A DNA stretch of 64,000 bases, taken from assembly GCA_030770535.1 (NCBI GenBank), contig JASVEC010000010.1, positions 682,001-746,000 on the forward strand, given 5' to 3'. Every line of letters begins with the position of its first letter. Positions within the stretch are counted from its first letter, which is position 1. The notes beneath the pieces are model-generated. The model made no database searches. It saw only the letters and a list, made by a program, of their open reading frames with translations, and was not told the DNA's origin. Below, one piece after another: positions 1-16,580 of this stretch. The stretch is from Batkoa obscura (taxonomy: Eukaryota). A program made the position numbers and the translations under genes.

Positions 1-148
1 AAAATAAACTGAATAAAAAGTTTACTCTTTAATAATTAATTTGAAAGTTGAGCTGTAAAAGAATACATACAAGAGTAAACTATTCATTAGAGAACAAGGG
101 ATAAGTAACAGCAAACAAAATAACATGGAAATAAATTACCCACTAAAA

Positions 149-2026
149 CTAATGGAATAGGTCAAATCGAACTTTGTTCTTGCTTTTAGAAAAGCAATTC
201 AATACATCTTTTTCATTTTTAATTAATGTGTAGAACTTTTCATACTCATGGTTCAACGCTTTATCTTTAATTACTTTACTAAATGTTGGATTTTTACACA
301 TATTTTTTGATACTAAGTAAAACAAGGCCAATGAAAACGTTACTTGTCCTGTAATCCAAGAACTCTGTTTAAGTGTAATGAAATGGTTAATTCCCAGGAT
401 GATTGTTTTAGATATATGCTCTGGTTGATCATATTTGGGTATATGTCGAATAAGAAATAATAAGCATCTTGATACCAACCCTAATCGCATATTATAATGT
501 GTATCCGTACCAATAACAATATCATATGTTATTACTTTGGCTGCTTCTTCAATAGCTAGTTTCATATACTTACTATGCAACTTATTCTTTTCCGGCTCTG
601 TATTGGTTCTAAAATAAAGTACTAAAGAATAGACCCAATAAATACCATAAATGGAACGAAATAAGATAAAGTGAGCATGACGTTCCAAAATATGATGTAA
701 CTCCTTAGGAGTACTTGCTTTGAGACATAAAAGTTTATTGGAATAATAGGTGCCTTTTTTACGTAAAATTTCTGTTACTTCATCGATGTGCTTATAAATC
801 ACTGAAGGCATTAATTGTTGGTGCATTGCTTGAATCCGCCATAGATTGATTAAATTGAATGTTTCGCCTTGTTGACTAGTACTTTCTGCTGTTATTAAGC
901 AGCAGTAATCAGAAACGGTCCATAAATTTAAATTCATTTTCATTGTTTTTAAATATTGTTTATATACTGCTTTTGTGCTCGCTGTCTTATATGGTTTTGC
1001 TCCATTAAGTGATACTAAACAAGGTACATCACACGACCAATTTAGTATATAGCTTAGATGAGTGATTGAGGTATAAGCCAATTTCCTTTCAAGTATCAAG
1101 TTACTATCTAAATGCGTTGGTGAGCCACGATGTAATCCAAGTGAATAGGACATATCTATAGCAACTGTATGAAGGTACCATAAACAAGATCTTACCCAAC
1201 CATAGGATTGTAAGCCTAAAGCGATGATAAGAAAAGCTTGTAAAGTATCAAATTGATTTAATGAATATTGTTTTTTAAACAAGCTATGTACTTTATACTC
1301 AAGGTATAGCTTTAAGGTGTTATTGAAAGTGTTGGATTCTAGATGAGATATACCAGAGAGATAAACAGAACACAAAACGAGTTCAGTTCTAGGTCTAGAA
1401 AAAAAGGATTTTTTTGTAAAGAGAGGTATGAAAGGGTTAACAAATTTAAAAAAAGCGTCGATACAATCCGAATAAATACCCTTAATAGTAGATGTATTAA
1501 AATTGGGTTCTTTAATCAATAATGGAACTTTATTTTTTATTTTTGTTATATTATCAAACTTTTTTATTACTTCCATAAAGATGATATCGTTATCACCATT
1601 ATCTTTTAAAGTTGGAAACTCAAATAATGCTAAAAAATTATTGATAATCCTTTTCCTCGGGAAGGAGTTAACAATGTTTAGAAATTCTTTAATTACTTGT
1701 GTTTCATCCGACACCACTTTAAAAAAAGTATGTTTAAAACTTGTTGGCTTCGTAATCAACTGGTTTAATTTATTCTGTTGATTTCCATTTTCTTTGGCAT
1801 CTTCTTTATAGTCTAATATAACAAACTCTTCTTTATTTTGTATCTTAAAACTATTGATATATCTTTCTACTTCTGGTTTGATCTTTTTATGTGTCTTTAA
1901 TGCCCGCTCATAATTACATTCAATATCCAAGTGTTCACATGATTTACAAATCGGTATATCTCTAGAGCATCCTAATCCTCTTTTTGCGCATTGATCACAA
2001 CGGTTTGGCATAAGTAAAGAATTCAT
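149..2026 (-). CDS. Zn(II)2Cys6 fungal transcription factor with fungal-specific middle homology region (intronless, 625 aa)
   Basis: N-terminal CDQCAKRGLGCSRDIPICKSCEHLDIECNY fits the six-Cys binuclear cluster spacing; AFFKFVNPFIPLF resembles the start of the Fungal_trans domain. Confidence 0.9.
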   Translation of the reverse strand: MNSLLMPNRCDQCAKRGLGCSRDIPICKSCEHLDIECNYERALKTHKKIKPEVERYINSFKIQNKEEFVILDYKEDAKENGNQQNKLNQLITKPTSFKHTFFKVVSDETQVIKEFLNIVNSFPRKRIINNFLALFEFPTLKDNGDNDIIFMEVIKKFDNITKIKNKVPLLIKEPNFNTSTIKGIYSDCIDAFFKFVNPFIPLFTKKSFFSRPRTELVLCSVYLSGISHLESNTFNNTLKLYLEYKVHSLFKKQYSLNQFDTLQAFLIIALGLQSYGWVRSCLWYLHTVAIDMSYSLGLHRGSPTHLDSNLILERKLAYTSITHLSYILNWSCDVPCLVSLNGAKPYKTASTKAVYKQYLKTMKMNLNLWTVSDYCCLITAESTSQQGETFNLINLWRIQAMHQQLMPSVIYKHIDEVTEILRKKGTYYSNKLLCLKASTPKELHHILERHAHFILFRSIYGIYWVYSLVLYFRTNTEPEKNKLHSKYMKLAIEEAAKVITYDIVIGTDTHYNMRLGLVSRCLLFLIRHIPKYDQPEHISKTIILGINHFITLKQSSWITGQVTFSLALFYLVSKNMCKNPTFSKVIKDKALNHEYEKFYTLIKNEKDVLNCFSKSKNKVRFDLFH

Positions 2027-3022
2027 TGTTTTTAGTTTAACTTTAAAATAATCAAAAGGTGATTTTCTTTTATTTTAAATCTAAAATAATATAAAGATGA
2101 AATAGCAATGAGTCAATAAAAAATGTAAAACATTTGTAGCTTGGAGTAATGAAAATTTTTAAGCCAATTATTTTTGGATCACAGTTCACCAAGTTTCAAT
2201 ATGTCTTATTTTAGCTTTATTCTTTACTTGTGTTCTGTTTCTTGTTCGATGCTTCTTTGTTTATTTGGAAGGTATAACTGTCGTATTTTGAATAAACTGC
2301 TGTAGCTGTTTATTTTCTATTCCTACCAGTTTATTCTGGTTGCCTCGACCTGTTTTTGCTAAAAATGTAATAGTGTTAATTTAATAGTTATTTTAGCTCA
2401 ATTTTATTGATTTTTAATTTACGAAAGAGATAGTATATGCTTACCACATTACCAATAAAAGCGTTGATGATACTGACTTTTATCATATTAACATATTTCA
2501 TGTATTAATATTATGTTTTGGTATGTTGTATTGCATAGGTTTATTTACTTAAACAGATTTGTATGATTACAAATAATACAATGCTGCATTAATAAAACTT
2601 CACTTTTAATTGGAGAAATTTCAGCTTATAATAAAAACCCAAAGACCCTTTTTAAAAGTATGCTTAAATCTGATCATAGAATTTTTACAGATGTTTACCA
2701 ACAAAATAAGCTTATAAAATAACAGGCTAAAGAATCCAAATTGCTAATACTGAAGTTAAATGGAACAAGAGATAGCATTTCCTAATCTTAAAATTATTTA
2801 GTTTCAAAGTTATTTTAAAATTGTTATATTAGACTATATTAGGATATTATAAATATTTTTTTTAGGTAAGAGCTTATCTATTTTATAAAAAAAGAAAAAC
2901 TTTATTCGAAACATTGATAAAACATCTTTTTATACCCTTCAAAAACATAAGATAGTAAGAGCGGATTCCAAGTACAATTTAATAGCAAATAAATAAAAAA
3001 AGCAAACAAAGTATGAATAAAC

Positions 3023-3322
3023 TCATGAACCAGAACTTAAAAAGGGGAGAAGGGCATGTAGTTTAAGCCTCAAATTCCAACCCTTTCTAGTATCATTATA
3101 GTTATAGACCATTTTAGTTGTTGAACTTAAACCATTAAACATAGAAGCGATATAAGAAAAAGTAAAAACAAAAAAGATTAAATTCAAGCTGAATAAATAA
3201 ACAATGAAATGAATTAACCAAGGATGAAAGACCAATTGAAATGGATAGGTTACTATCTTTTGTAAACTTAGCATAAATCGCTTCTCTCCTTTTAGTTTAC
3301 TATCACTTAAGTTGGGATTCAT
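3023..3322 (-). CDS. Possible small membrane protein (99 aa), unknown function
   Basis: ATG-initiated ORF with one long hydrophobic stretch, divergent from ATG4 with a CCAAT box upstream; no homology recognised. Confidence 0.3.
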   Translation of the reverse strand: MNPNLSDSKLKGEKRFMLSLQKIVTYPFQLVFHPWLIHFIVYLFSLNLIFFVFTFSYIASMFNGLSSTTKMVYNYNDTRKGWNLRLKLHALLPFLSSGS

Positions 3323-3872
3323 TTTTGTAAAAAGTAAATTGAGAAATTTATAGTCGGTTTTTATTAACGTTGAATTTTAAGGGGTTGACCAATGAAATTT
3401 AGTTTCAATAATGGTTGGGTAGTTATTGGATTTAAAGTTGGCAGTGAATGGCAACTAAATGCGTACTTATTTTTAATATTTTAAAAATAAACTCATTTTA
3501 TAATCCATTAATAAAATATAGTTCCAATTATTTTTAATGAATTTTGTTATTTTTCAAATACGTCTTAACACTTTTATAGTTTAATTAGCAATTTTAAGAT
3601 ATAATAAAAGCAGTCACTTTCATGAATTAATTTTTTCATTGCACAATTTTCTACATTTAGTAAAACTTGAGCTTAATCTCCCATTTTGTTTAAGATAAGT
3701 GATTTTACTTCAACAATGATTGGCTCTACTAAGATATTAGCAAAAGGCTTAAACACTCAACTAAGTTAACGAGCATGATAACAAAGCGATCAAGACCCAA
3801 AAATAAGTTAAACATTTTTTAAAATTAAAAGCTCAACGATAACAAAAAAAGAAAATTTTAATTGAATGAAAC

Positions 3873-5591
3873 ATGTCGATTAAAGCAGAAAGTATTAATT
3901 CAAAATCAGAAGGTTCTGTTGAAAAAGTATTAGAAGACGCAAAAGGGATGGCAAACTCATTGTCTTTAAGAATAAGTAATTGGTGGAACGCATTATTACC
4001 AGTCAATCAAGATATTAGTCCAACGCCAAAAAATAATAATTTATCTCAAACAGATATAGAAATTAAAAGTTTAGAAGCTTTAAGGAACTCTTGGTATTCA
4101 AGTAAAGAAAAAAAGAGATTATCGAATACTTCAATTGCTTCGAATGGAACAAGTTCTCAATCAAATGAGGGCGAATATGCTACTATTTGGTTATTAGGAA
4201 AAGATTATAAGATACTTGCTCAAGATTTAGTTAATGGTAACTTTGATGCTTTTCAACCTTTGTTAGAAGACTTTCAAGCTCAACCTTGGTTCACTTATCG
4301 TCATCATTTTCAAACTTTATTACCTTCAACTTATACAACTGACTCTGGATGGGGTTGTATGCTAAGAAGCGGACAATGTCTATTAGGACAGACATTCTTT
4401 CGTAGGGAGTTGGGGAGAGGTAAATGGATTTGTGATTTTAAAAACTTAAATATTAAATTTTGTAGATTGGAGGCTTAAAGATAATAAAGATGAAAAGGTT
4501 GGAATAAAATACAAAAAAGTAAAATATAAAATACTCAAGTTAAAAGTAGATTAAAAGAAATTACTAGATATTATCTTGGTTTTTAGATGAAATGTCAATC
4601 AACAGCCCGTATTCTATCCATAGAATTGCATTATTAGGAAAACAATATAAAAAAGAAATCGGGGATTGGTTTGGACCACATACTATGGCATTAGTTATAA
4701 AGTAAGATAATTCTTAGTCATAATAGAAACAATAATATTTACTTTTGAAAAAGATCTTTGGTATTAGATCATGAAGATATTGATTTAAATGTATATATTA
4801 ATACAGAAGGCACAATTTATAAATCGGAAATATTGTCACCTAATTTAGCTTCAAGTGCTTATGAAGGTATGTCTAATTCTTTTAATGATAAATCAATAAC
4901 TGCTGAGGCTGGATTTACACCTACGCTGATCTTGTTACCAATAAGGCTTGGTGTAGAAACTTTGAATTCTATTTATCATGTTGCTTTGAAGGTAAATTGT
5001 AATCGGGGATGAAAATATAATTGGTTTATTGATACTTTTGTTTTAGAGTTATTTTGGATTTCCTCAGATTGTTGGAATTGCTGGGTAAGTTTAATCATAT
5101 TTATTGGTGTTTTAAAGTTTAATATGTTTATAGTGGTAAACCAAAATCATCACTATATTTTATGGGATTTGAAGGTAATTTGAGGCGTTTCTTTTTAGAA
5201 GTTAAATATTAATTTTGTTTTATTAGATGACAATATTATCTATTCTGATCCCCATCATTCTCGACCTGCATTAGCAAGTAAAAACATAGATGAGTATAAT
5301 TATGAAGTAAGATACTTAAACAATCAAATAGTAAAATAGATTAATAGTATATATTATTAGGATTTTTTAAGTTATCATTGTGAATTACCGAATAAGATTA
5401 ATATAGCACAATTAGATCCATGCATGCTATTAGGCTTCTATTGTGATAACCAAAAAGAGTTTTTAGATTTTTGTCAGCGATCAGAAGAATTAGCTAAATA
5501 TACAACACCTATATTCCGAGTTTATGATCAAAAACCAGTTTATTTAGATGATTTTAATATGGAGCCTGATTCTGATGATGATCAATTTTAA
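3873..5591 (+). CDS. ATG4: Autophagy cysteine protease ATG4 (peptidase C54), multi-exon
   Basis: Motifs joined across GT-AG introns: WFTYR, DSGWGCMLRSGQ (catalytic Cys), YSIHRIA, GDWFGP, GIAG-GKPKSSLYFMG, YSDPHH, LDPCMLLGFYC; ends DSDDDQF-TAA at 5589-5591. Confidence 0.95.
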
Positions 5592-6188
5592 TATGAACTT
5601 ATGGATTTCTTGTGTATAGTTTAGTGCCATTGTAGTAGCAACCTTTTCCTATTTATATAGTAGCAGTAATATATATATATATTTGTATTATATTTTTTGT
5701 GTCTTTTTGAACTTTTTTGTCTTATAATTAGAAATTTTGATTTATTTTAGTTGGTAATTAAGGTTTGATTTGATATTATAAAGCATAAATATGATTAGAT
5801 ATCTGTAAAGTATTATGCTAGTAGTCATTCTACTTATATCCTTATTTTTTTAAATTATAAGTTAATAAAAAAAATACAACATGCTTAAACTATTCGTTTG
5901 TAAAATTGGTCATACTTTTTTAACAAAGGCATTAAAACAAATGATACTTAAAGTTTAAATATTTGTAAAATTAGTTTAATATATAAAATTTGTTTGAGAT
6001 AGCTTTGATAGTAATAATAAAATCGATACATTTTGTCTCTATTTTTAGCTTGAAAAAAATGATGTAGCAAATAAATGATCAAAATTTAAAAATGATTGAA
6101 TCACAAAGAAAAAGATGTTAAAAAAGGCATTTTAAATAAACTTTAAACTAAAAGATTTCTTTCTTTACATTATTAAAAAGTAAAAGAA

Positions 6189-9100
6189 ATGAAGCAATTA
6201 AAAGAAACACGCTTGCGGTTAGAAGACATAACTTCTAATGGTTGTCCGATGAAGAGCTTATATCTAGATAAAACAGAAACTGAGATAGAAACTGGAATCA
6301 AATCCAATCAACCTGAACTAATTGAACCATTGAATAACGATTATTTTGAGTTAAAGATTGACCAAGTCATAGTTAAATTCTATATCAAAGTAGGAAGTGA
6401 TAAAGATAGCCTAACTATATCAATAATTGAACAAAAGAGGGATTTAAATAGTAGTGATTTGTTTGAACAAGAAGTAATGTCTGAATCAACGACTAATGAA
6501 ATACCTTTAGTTACTCAGTTAAAAGTACATTTCAATAACAGTAAAGTATTAAAATACCAAATAGAATATAATCAACGTCATTGTTATCTTATGTGTTTAT
6601 TAGATAGTTTAGAATACCAATGTTTTGAACTTAATTTAACATCTGTACCAACTGTTGGATTTAAAGAACCATTGTTATTGAAGCAGCATAGTACTTATTT
6701 AAAAAGGTATTCTGTATTTGAAATTAAATATTTTGGTATTGTGGATCTAAACTCGTTTGTAGTTTGTAATCAAAATTTCCAATTAATTTATTTTCAATTT
6801 AATTTAGATAATGGTAATTTATATTTATTTCAATCTACTTTATTTCATAATTTTATTTTAGGAGTAATTAGTTTTAAAGAATTGAAAATACCTTTTGATT
6901 TTAATTTTAATGGTTTGGTTCGTGCTTTCAATTTAAGAAATAATACCATTAATAATAATACTCAAAATCAAGTGATTCAACATAGTAATATTATGGATTA
7001 TGAAGGTAATGTTAATAAAATAATTACGTTACATTGTGATGGTAAATTAAGGGTGTGGGATTTAAAGGAACAAGTTATTGTATTTCATTATCAAATTGAG
7101 CAATTCAGTCATCAAAACAATCAAATGAATATATATTTTCACCAAAATATATATTATCTAATTGTAAGTGATAAAAATGAAAAACAAAAAGTTCAATTTT
7201 TCATTTATAAGTTTCAAATTAGTCATATGGAGGCTGTCCACTCATTTCATTTATTAGATAAAGTAAATTATTTTAATTTAATTCAATTGAATAATCCAGC
7301 GAATAATCGTAATACTAATGTAATAGATTTTATACTTTTATTTAATAACAATACAATTCAATTATATGGCCTTTTTGAAATTAATCAATTAAGGTATGTT
7401 AATAGTATCAATATTAATAATTATTACAATCAACAATATAATAATAACAATGACAACATGATTGACACAAATGATAGTATAATAATCAATGAACAAATTA
7501 TAAACAATAATAATAATGAATGGAATTCAATCATATTAGAAAATTCACTAGAATTAAGGATTGAAAAAAAAATTGAACAAATCAAAACACAACAAAAAAT
7601 TGAAAACAACATACTTGAATTTTTATTCGAGTTATCTACATTTGGTTCTTTTATTCTACGGGATACTTATCAACGCTTTATATTAAAATATAATATCAAT
7701 CATTTCCAATTAATGAATCATGGAATTAATAATAATAAGGAATCAATTTATCTAAATATTGTTAAAGCAATGAATTATTTGTTTATCTTAGAGTTAAGTA
7801 ATAATAATAATAATAATAATAATAATAGTGATAGTATAGAAGGTATTAAAGAGAACATATGGATTAAATTTTTAAAGTGTAGTTTAATTAGTTTAAAGAA
7901 ATATGGATTACCAATTAAATTTTATTTTAGTCCTATCATAAATAATGAATTAACAACTAATAATAATGAATCATCATATTTACCTAAATTAATTTATAAT
8001 GATGGTTTAAGTTTATTTACAACAATTAATTATAGTGAATTTTTATATTATCAATTATTTAATAATCAGTTATTTAATTTAATTCACTTATTTCAATTTA
8101 ATATAAACCAACAACAAGAAATTATTGTTAATACTGAAGATTATAATAATAGTTATATGAGCATAAATAATAGTAATAATGAAATAATTGTTAATGGGTA
8201 TACATCGAATATTAATTTAAATCAAGATTTAATTAGTTATATGAAATTAATAGAAGTAATTGAACAAAGTATTAATGAAATACAATTACAATTAATTGAA
8301 TCTCAATTAATCGAATTATTAATTAAAAATCAAGAATTTAATTTAAATTTTATAGATGTCATTCAATATTCAATATTAAAATGGGAAGAAAATAATCACT
8401 TATTTTTAAATCTAGAATTAGAATTGATATCTATATCCAATAATATTCATCATTTATCTATTGATCAATTTTTATTGGATTATTTATTTAACATTACTAA
8501 CGACCAAGAAGCTAATAATGATAACAATGAAGACGAAAGTAATGAAGATTTAACTGTTAATAGTTTGTTAGAATTAAGTGAATTAAACTATTCAATTTAC
8601 AGTAAATTAAATAGTCAAAGTAAATTAAGTCCAATTATAATAATTTTATTGATTATTATCAACAATAGTCAACAATTAAAAATAAATTTGAAATTAGAAG
8701 AGGAAGAATTTAATATATTAGATTCAATTCGATATTCAACTGTTTTGATGGGAATATACCATTTGTTTTTCAAGCCATTAATATTACACCAAAATCATCA
8801 AATCAATGAAGAAAATATTCAAAGTTTAATTCAATACAATAATAACCAAGAAAACCAAATGTTAATATATAATTCAATTAAAGATATTCAACATTCTACT
8901 TTATTTTTTGATTATTTTAAAAAGAAAGGAATAGAAATTCAATTAATGAAAGATCCCAAATTATTTATTAAACAATTATTAAATTATTTTATATTTAAAA
9001 AAGAAGAATCAAATAATCCATTTTATTTAATTAACGATCAAAAAACAGCAAATTCAATTTCATTGTTTTTAGCAGATTTAATTAAATATCTAATTTATAA

Positions 9101-11106
9101 CAATTATTTTGGTCATTCAATCTTATTATCATTATTATGTGGTAATTATTTTTATTTTTATTGGATTCAAGGGATCATGTTCTATTTAAAAAAAGATTAT
9201 TCTAAGAGTTTTGATTACTTCAAGGATGCTATTAATTTATATAGTGATTATAATAATAATAATATTAATAATAATTTATTATTAGTTAATTTAATACAAA
9301 TTCAATTACCTTCATTTCACTACAATATTAATTCATCGTATTTTTTTTATTTGTTAGCTAAAAAATATCATGAAGATGGAATAACAGAATATGCTAATTT
9401 AATTATGGAACAATCAATTAGTTTGTTTCTGGATGAAGTTAAAATAACTGATGAAGATATAATAGAAAAACAAACAAATGAATATTATTATTTTAAATTT
9501 GAGTTACAAATTGAACTAAAAAAATACGATAGTGCAGTTAATTTTATTCCATTAATTAAAAATCCAATAATTAAAAAAAAATGTATTCAAATATTATTAA
9601 ATCATATTGTTGAACATCAATTAAATTTTGACTTAATTTATATTTCAACAGAAAGAGAATTTATTTTATTATTATTATGGGAGAAATTGATTTATTTAAT
9701 TAGTAAAAATAAAGAAACAGAAACGATAGAACAATGGTTTAATGGTATATTACAATTTTATTTATTAAATTTAGATTATACGGAAGGTAAGATATTATTA
9801 TTTGTAATAAATAATATAATAATTAAATATTAATATTTCTATTTTATTAGCTGCTACCACTTTATTTCATCAAATTATTTATTATTTTACACAATTATCT
9901 AAAGAATTCCGAGAATTTACTATTATTTTGCAAAAAATGTTAAAAAATTTTAAAGTGATTATAGAAATTATTGAACAAACTAATTTATCATTCAATTATT
10001 TTAAAATTAAAAAGGAATTTTTAAAAGAATACCAAATGTACATGTTAAATTATATTAATGAATTTGAAAAAGAAGGTAAATATTTTTATTTATTTCAAGG
10101 TGTGAAGAATAATATTAACAAAGATGATTTTTAGGCTTACCCAATAGAATTGTGTCCTTTCAAATGGTATTAAAATATTGTGCGTTGGTACAAAGTACTT
10201 TAAAACTATATAATAATTCAATTTATGAAATTAAGAGTAAGATTGGTTATTAGTTATTATTATTAATAATAATTTTAATATATTTATCTATTTGTTAGAA
10301 AACCAATTATTAACATATAATGAAATTATTGAAGGTTATTGTTTATTAAAAAACTATACTACTTGTTTTCAATTAACTCAACTATTTCAACAAAAATTAA
10401 CAAAGGTGTTCTTCATGATGATTGAAAACGTAAAGCAGCTAATAGAAGAAAAGTAAGTTTATTTAATTATAATTGTATCTATAATTATATTAATAATATT
10501 AATTTAATGATATAGGAATAATAATAAGGATAATTTAATAAAAGAAAAGAAAGAGAATGAATTATTAAAATTATTAGAGTTAATTAAAGTTGAATTAAAG
10601 AAACAAAATAAACCAGAATATTATATTTTATTAATTCAACAATTATTGCAAGATCAAATAATGAATATAAAAGATGATTTTGTGATCAATATATTAAATG
10701 AGCTATATGTAAGCTATTATTCTTTATTATTCTTTATTATTTTGCTTTATATAGTAATTGTTATATTAATTATTTTTATTTTATTTTTTAATAGGAGCTG
10801 GATTTTAATCAACTAATACGTTTATTAATTTCTTATAATTATTTGGAAATTGGGTTAAAATTTATGGTAGACAAAATGAATCTTATATTATCTAATAATA
10901 ATCTTAAACTTGGTTTACCAATTCTTTGTTGTGATTTATTATATAATAGTTTAAAAATTAATAATGTAAGTTTTATTTTTGTTATAAAAATTTTTAATGA
11001 ATAAAAATTAATATTTTATTTTTTATTTTAGGATATTGAATTGTTAAACCAATTTGAAGAGAAGATTAATTTACCATTAAAATTAAAAATGAAAGATTTG
11101 GAATAA
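6189..11106 (+). CDS. Nup160/Nup120-like nucleoporin, Asn-rich, long first exon plus several 3' exons
   Basis: About 1200-codon first exon with beta-propeller-like IITLHCDGKLRVWDLK followed by helical solenoid sequence; further GT-AG exons end in DIELLNQFEEKINLPLKLKMKDLE-TAA. Family assignment rests on size, architecture and one motif. Confidence 0.55.
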
Positions 11107-11226
11107 ATAAGTAAACAGAGTAGGAAATATACTATATTTTATTATATTAAGAAAAATATAGAAATAAAACTATTATCAAATTATATCTTTATTTTGTTAT
11201 TTTTTTATATTATTTATAATAACAAA

Positions 11227-13871
<2,645 letters not shown>

Positions 13872-14980
13872 TGTAATTAAATTATAAGTTGAAAAATTGA
13901 CAATTTTATAAAAGAAATAAAAAATTATTTTGATAAATGAAACAAGTAATTTGTTTTTATATGATCTGTATCCCTTTTATCATCTTTATCCTTTTTATCT
14001 TATCTTATTATTTATACTTATATAATTAAATTATGATTTGTTATCTTTTTTTGAGATAGGTTTTAGCCTAACATTTTGGATTATTTGATTGTATGCCATC
14101 GGTAATTTATGACAATGAGTGAAAATTGATAAGGCCACGTCATGTTATTCTTTGTATCATTTTTAGCGGATGGTTTTTAAGCTTCAAGAATTAAAGATCT
14201 GATTGTTAATTTTTTTTGTAAACAAGTAGATTGATTTTTAATTGAAAGTTGATTAAGATTATTTATTTTAAAATCAATAGCAATAATGAACGGTTATAAA
14301 GCTAATATTCCATGATAATCTGGACGTCAAGAGTTAGTTTAATTTTTTTATAAAATCATAAAATCCTTAAAGTATTTATAGTTTTGAATAACCTTATTAT
14401 TATTAGATCAGTCATTTTTTATAATACATTTTCTAATTCAATGAATTATTGATTATATTTAATGCTTTGATAATGATTTAATAGAGTTAAAGAATGCATT
14501 TAACTTTTATAATTTAAATTTTATATTAACTTTAAGTCTTCTTTTACATTATTGCTTAACTTTTGTGTCCTAAGTTTCTTTTAAGAATAAACACTTAGAG
14601 AAAAGGCATTTTTAAGACTTCAACAATACATCAAGTCTATAATGTTCAACTTATTACATTTTAAAAAAAAATTTAAACAACTTCTTAATTTTTTTTAGTA
14701 ATAACCTAAAACAAAAGTAAACAAAGCATGAAATATTGTGTTATAAATCAAAACAGTTATTTAAAGCCATTATGATTTTTTATAAGTCTTTACACTTTGT
14801 TTTCTTTATTAAATTTATATTAACTCTTTAGATGCAGTTTGTTGAAATATATGTCTTGAGTTAAATATGGTAGGTTGAAAACACCGTATTTGATTATTAT
14901 TTCAGCAATTTTTTTTAAAAATAATAAATATAGTAATAAATATTAATATGATATTAATATTCAACATATTTTTACTATAT

Positions 14981-15077
14981 GGAGAGATATTTTTTGGTTT
15001 CATTACTTTTTCCATCTTTTAGGTGCTATTTGAGCCGAAAAATTGTTAGTAAAATTCTTAAACACAAATACATCCCC
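14981..15077 (-). mobile_element. GGGG-MITE copy
   Basis: Matches the family consensus; ATAT on both flanks. Strand convention for all copies: + reads GGGGATGTATTTTTGTG... Confidence 0.85.
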
Positions 15078-16073
15078 ATATACCATCAGAATATTTAATA
15101 AAAACTCATTTATAATAATGGTAATAGTTTGTTTAAAATAAAAATGATATTTTATTTTATTCTTTTAATGATTTTAAAATTATAAACTTCAACTCTCTTA
15201 TTTCTGTATCATGTGTTAGTTTTAATAGTTAGATATATATATAAAAACATACAAAAATTATCAATTTTCATGTAAATTCTTATATGAACTTGCAAATAAA
15301 CTAAAGATAACTTCTGTTTTATCATTTTGTTTAATAGTAAGTGATATTATAAATGATAAAAAAATAAACCAATTTTAGCAAAGATAAGTAGTCACTTTAT
15401 ATATGCTTTCTAAGTAAATTAATTATTACGAGAGCATCTCACTTTAGATATTGTGATCATTTCGGAAAAAAATTGATAGGATTTTTAGTTTGATCATTTT
15501 ATATACAAAGTCTTTAAATAGGGAAGCCTCTTAATAAAACTCTATTAAAGCAAGCTTTGATTTGTCTATGCCTTTGGGAATATTGGATGGTTTATTTGAA
15601 ACCCCAATCTCTAAATATTAAATAAATGAAATAAAGTTATATCAGCAAGATTTTCGATAATGACCCTTTACTTTGTGGTGAATACGACCCTAGCGCTGCT
15701 ACACATTTTTAAGCTGTAGAAATATTAAATGATTTTTAAAAATAATAAGCATGTTTATGTTAACGATATAATCAGCGACTTTATTTCAAAAAATCAAATC
15801 AAAAAAGAGAGAGTAGGATCTATTTATCATACTCAGGGTTAGAAATGAAGAACCAGTCCACTATTGTCTTAATGTAAGTTTAACAGTTAAAGTTATAGCA
15901 GTTTTACCTTCTAACCCTGTCAGTGCCTTGGGTTTCAAAAATAATAGGTGTATTTTATAATCGAAATAAGTGATTTAAAGTTTATTTATAAAAAAGTTCT
16001 ATATAAAATCGACATCATTGAAGGGGTAATCAGTGTATAACATAGCATTTAAATTTAAACTTAAACAACATAT

Positions 16074-16134
16074 GGGGATGTATTTTTTTGTTTAAGAATT
16101 TTACTAATAATCTTAAACAAAAAAATACATCCCC
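16074..16134. mobile_element. GGGG-MITE fold-back derivative (left arm duplicated in inverted orientation)
   Basis: Perfect 28-bp inverted repeat 16070-16097 / 16111-16138 with 13-nt loop ATTTTACTAATAA. Confidence 0.9.
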
Positions 16135-16290
16135 ATATCAATAAATCATACTTTTTTATTTTATAGCTGAATCCAGACTGAAGATCTAACTATAAAACTA
16201 TTTTAGATATATGTCAAAGTAATTATTTATGTTCATATTCAATAAGCCTATAGGTTATACTTTTCATTTTTGCTATATTTAAAAGAATAT

Positions 16291-16378
16291 AGTGATATTT
16301 TGGTTTCATCATTTTTCCATTTTTTTAAGCATTATTTAAGAAAAAAATTGTTAGTAAAATTTTTAAATATATATCCCC
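16291..16378 (-). mobile_element. GGGG-MITE copy, degenerate
   Basis: Recognisable internal sequence, ends ATCCCC-ATAT. Confidence 0.7.
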
Positions 16379-16580
16379 ATATTCTGAAACCTTAAATTTT
16401 AAGTTAGAATTTATAAAGCGAATCAAAGATAATAAAAAAGAATTCGATTTCTTTCGAAAATTAAAAAAAGTCAAAAATCAAAAAAATAATACATTTTATT
16501 TTCTACAAGTCTACAGTTCTAATATTATAAATATATATATTTACCCAAAGTCCGGTTGGGTTTAAATTTTAAAAAACTTT

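Noticed and set aside
2200..2490. Possible minus-strand intron 2359-2444 and 25-codon uORF upstream of the Zn2Cys6 gene
   Set aside because: Splice signals are plausible but there is no coding or conservation evidence.
15640..15710. Possible H/ACA-like hairpin ending in ACA
   Set aside because: Short stems, no clear H box or first hairpin; may be decayed coding sequence.
15834..15919. 11-bp inverted repeat CAGGGTTAGAA/TTCTAACCCTG containing telomere-template-like CTAACCCT
   Set aside because: The template-like bases would be paired and no other telomerase RNA features are visible.
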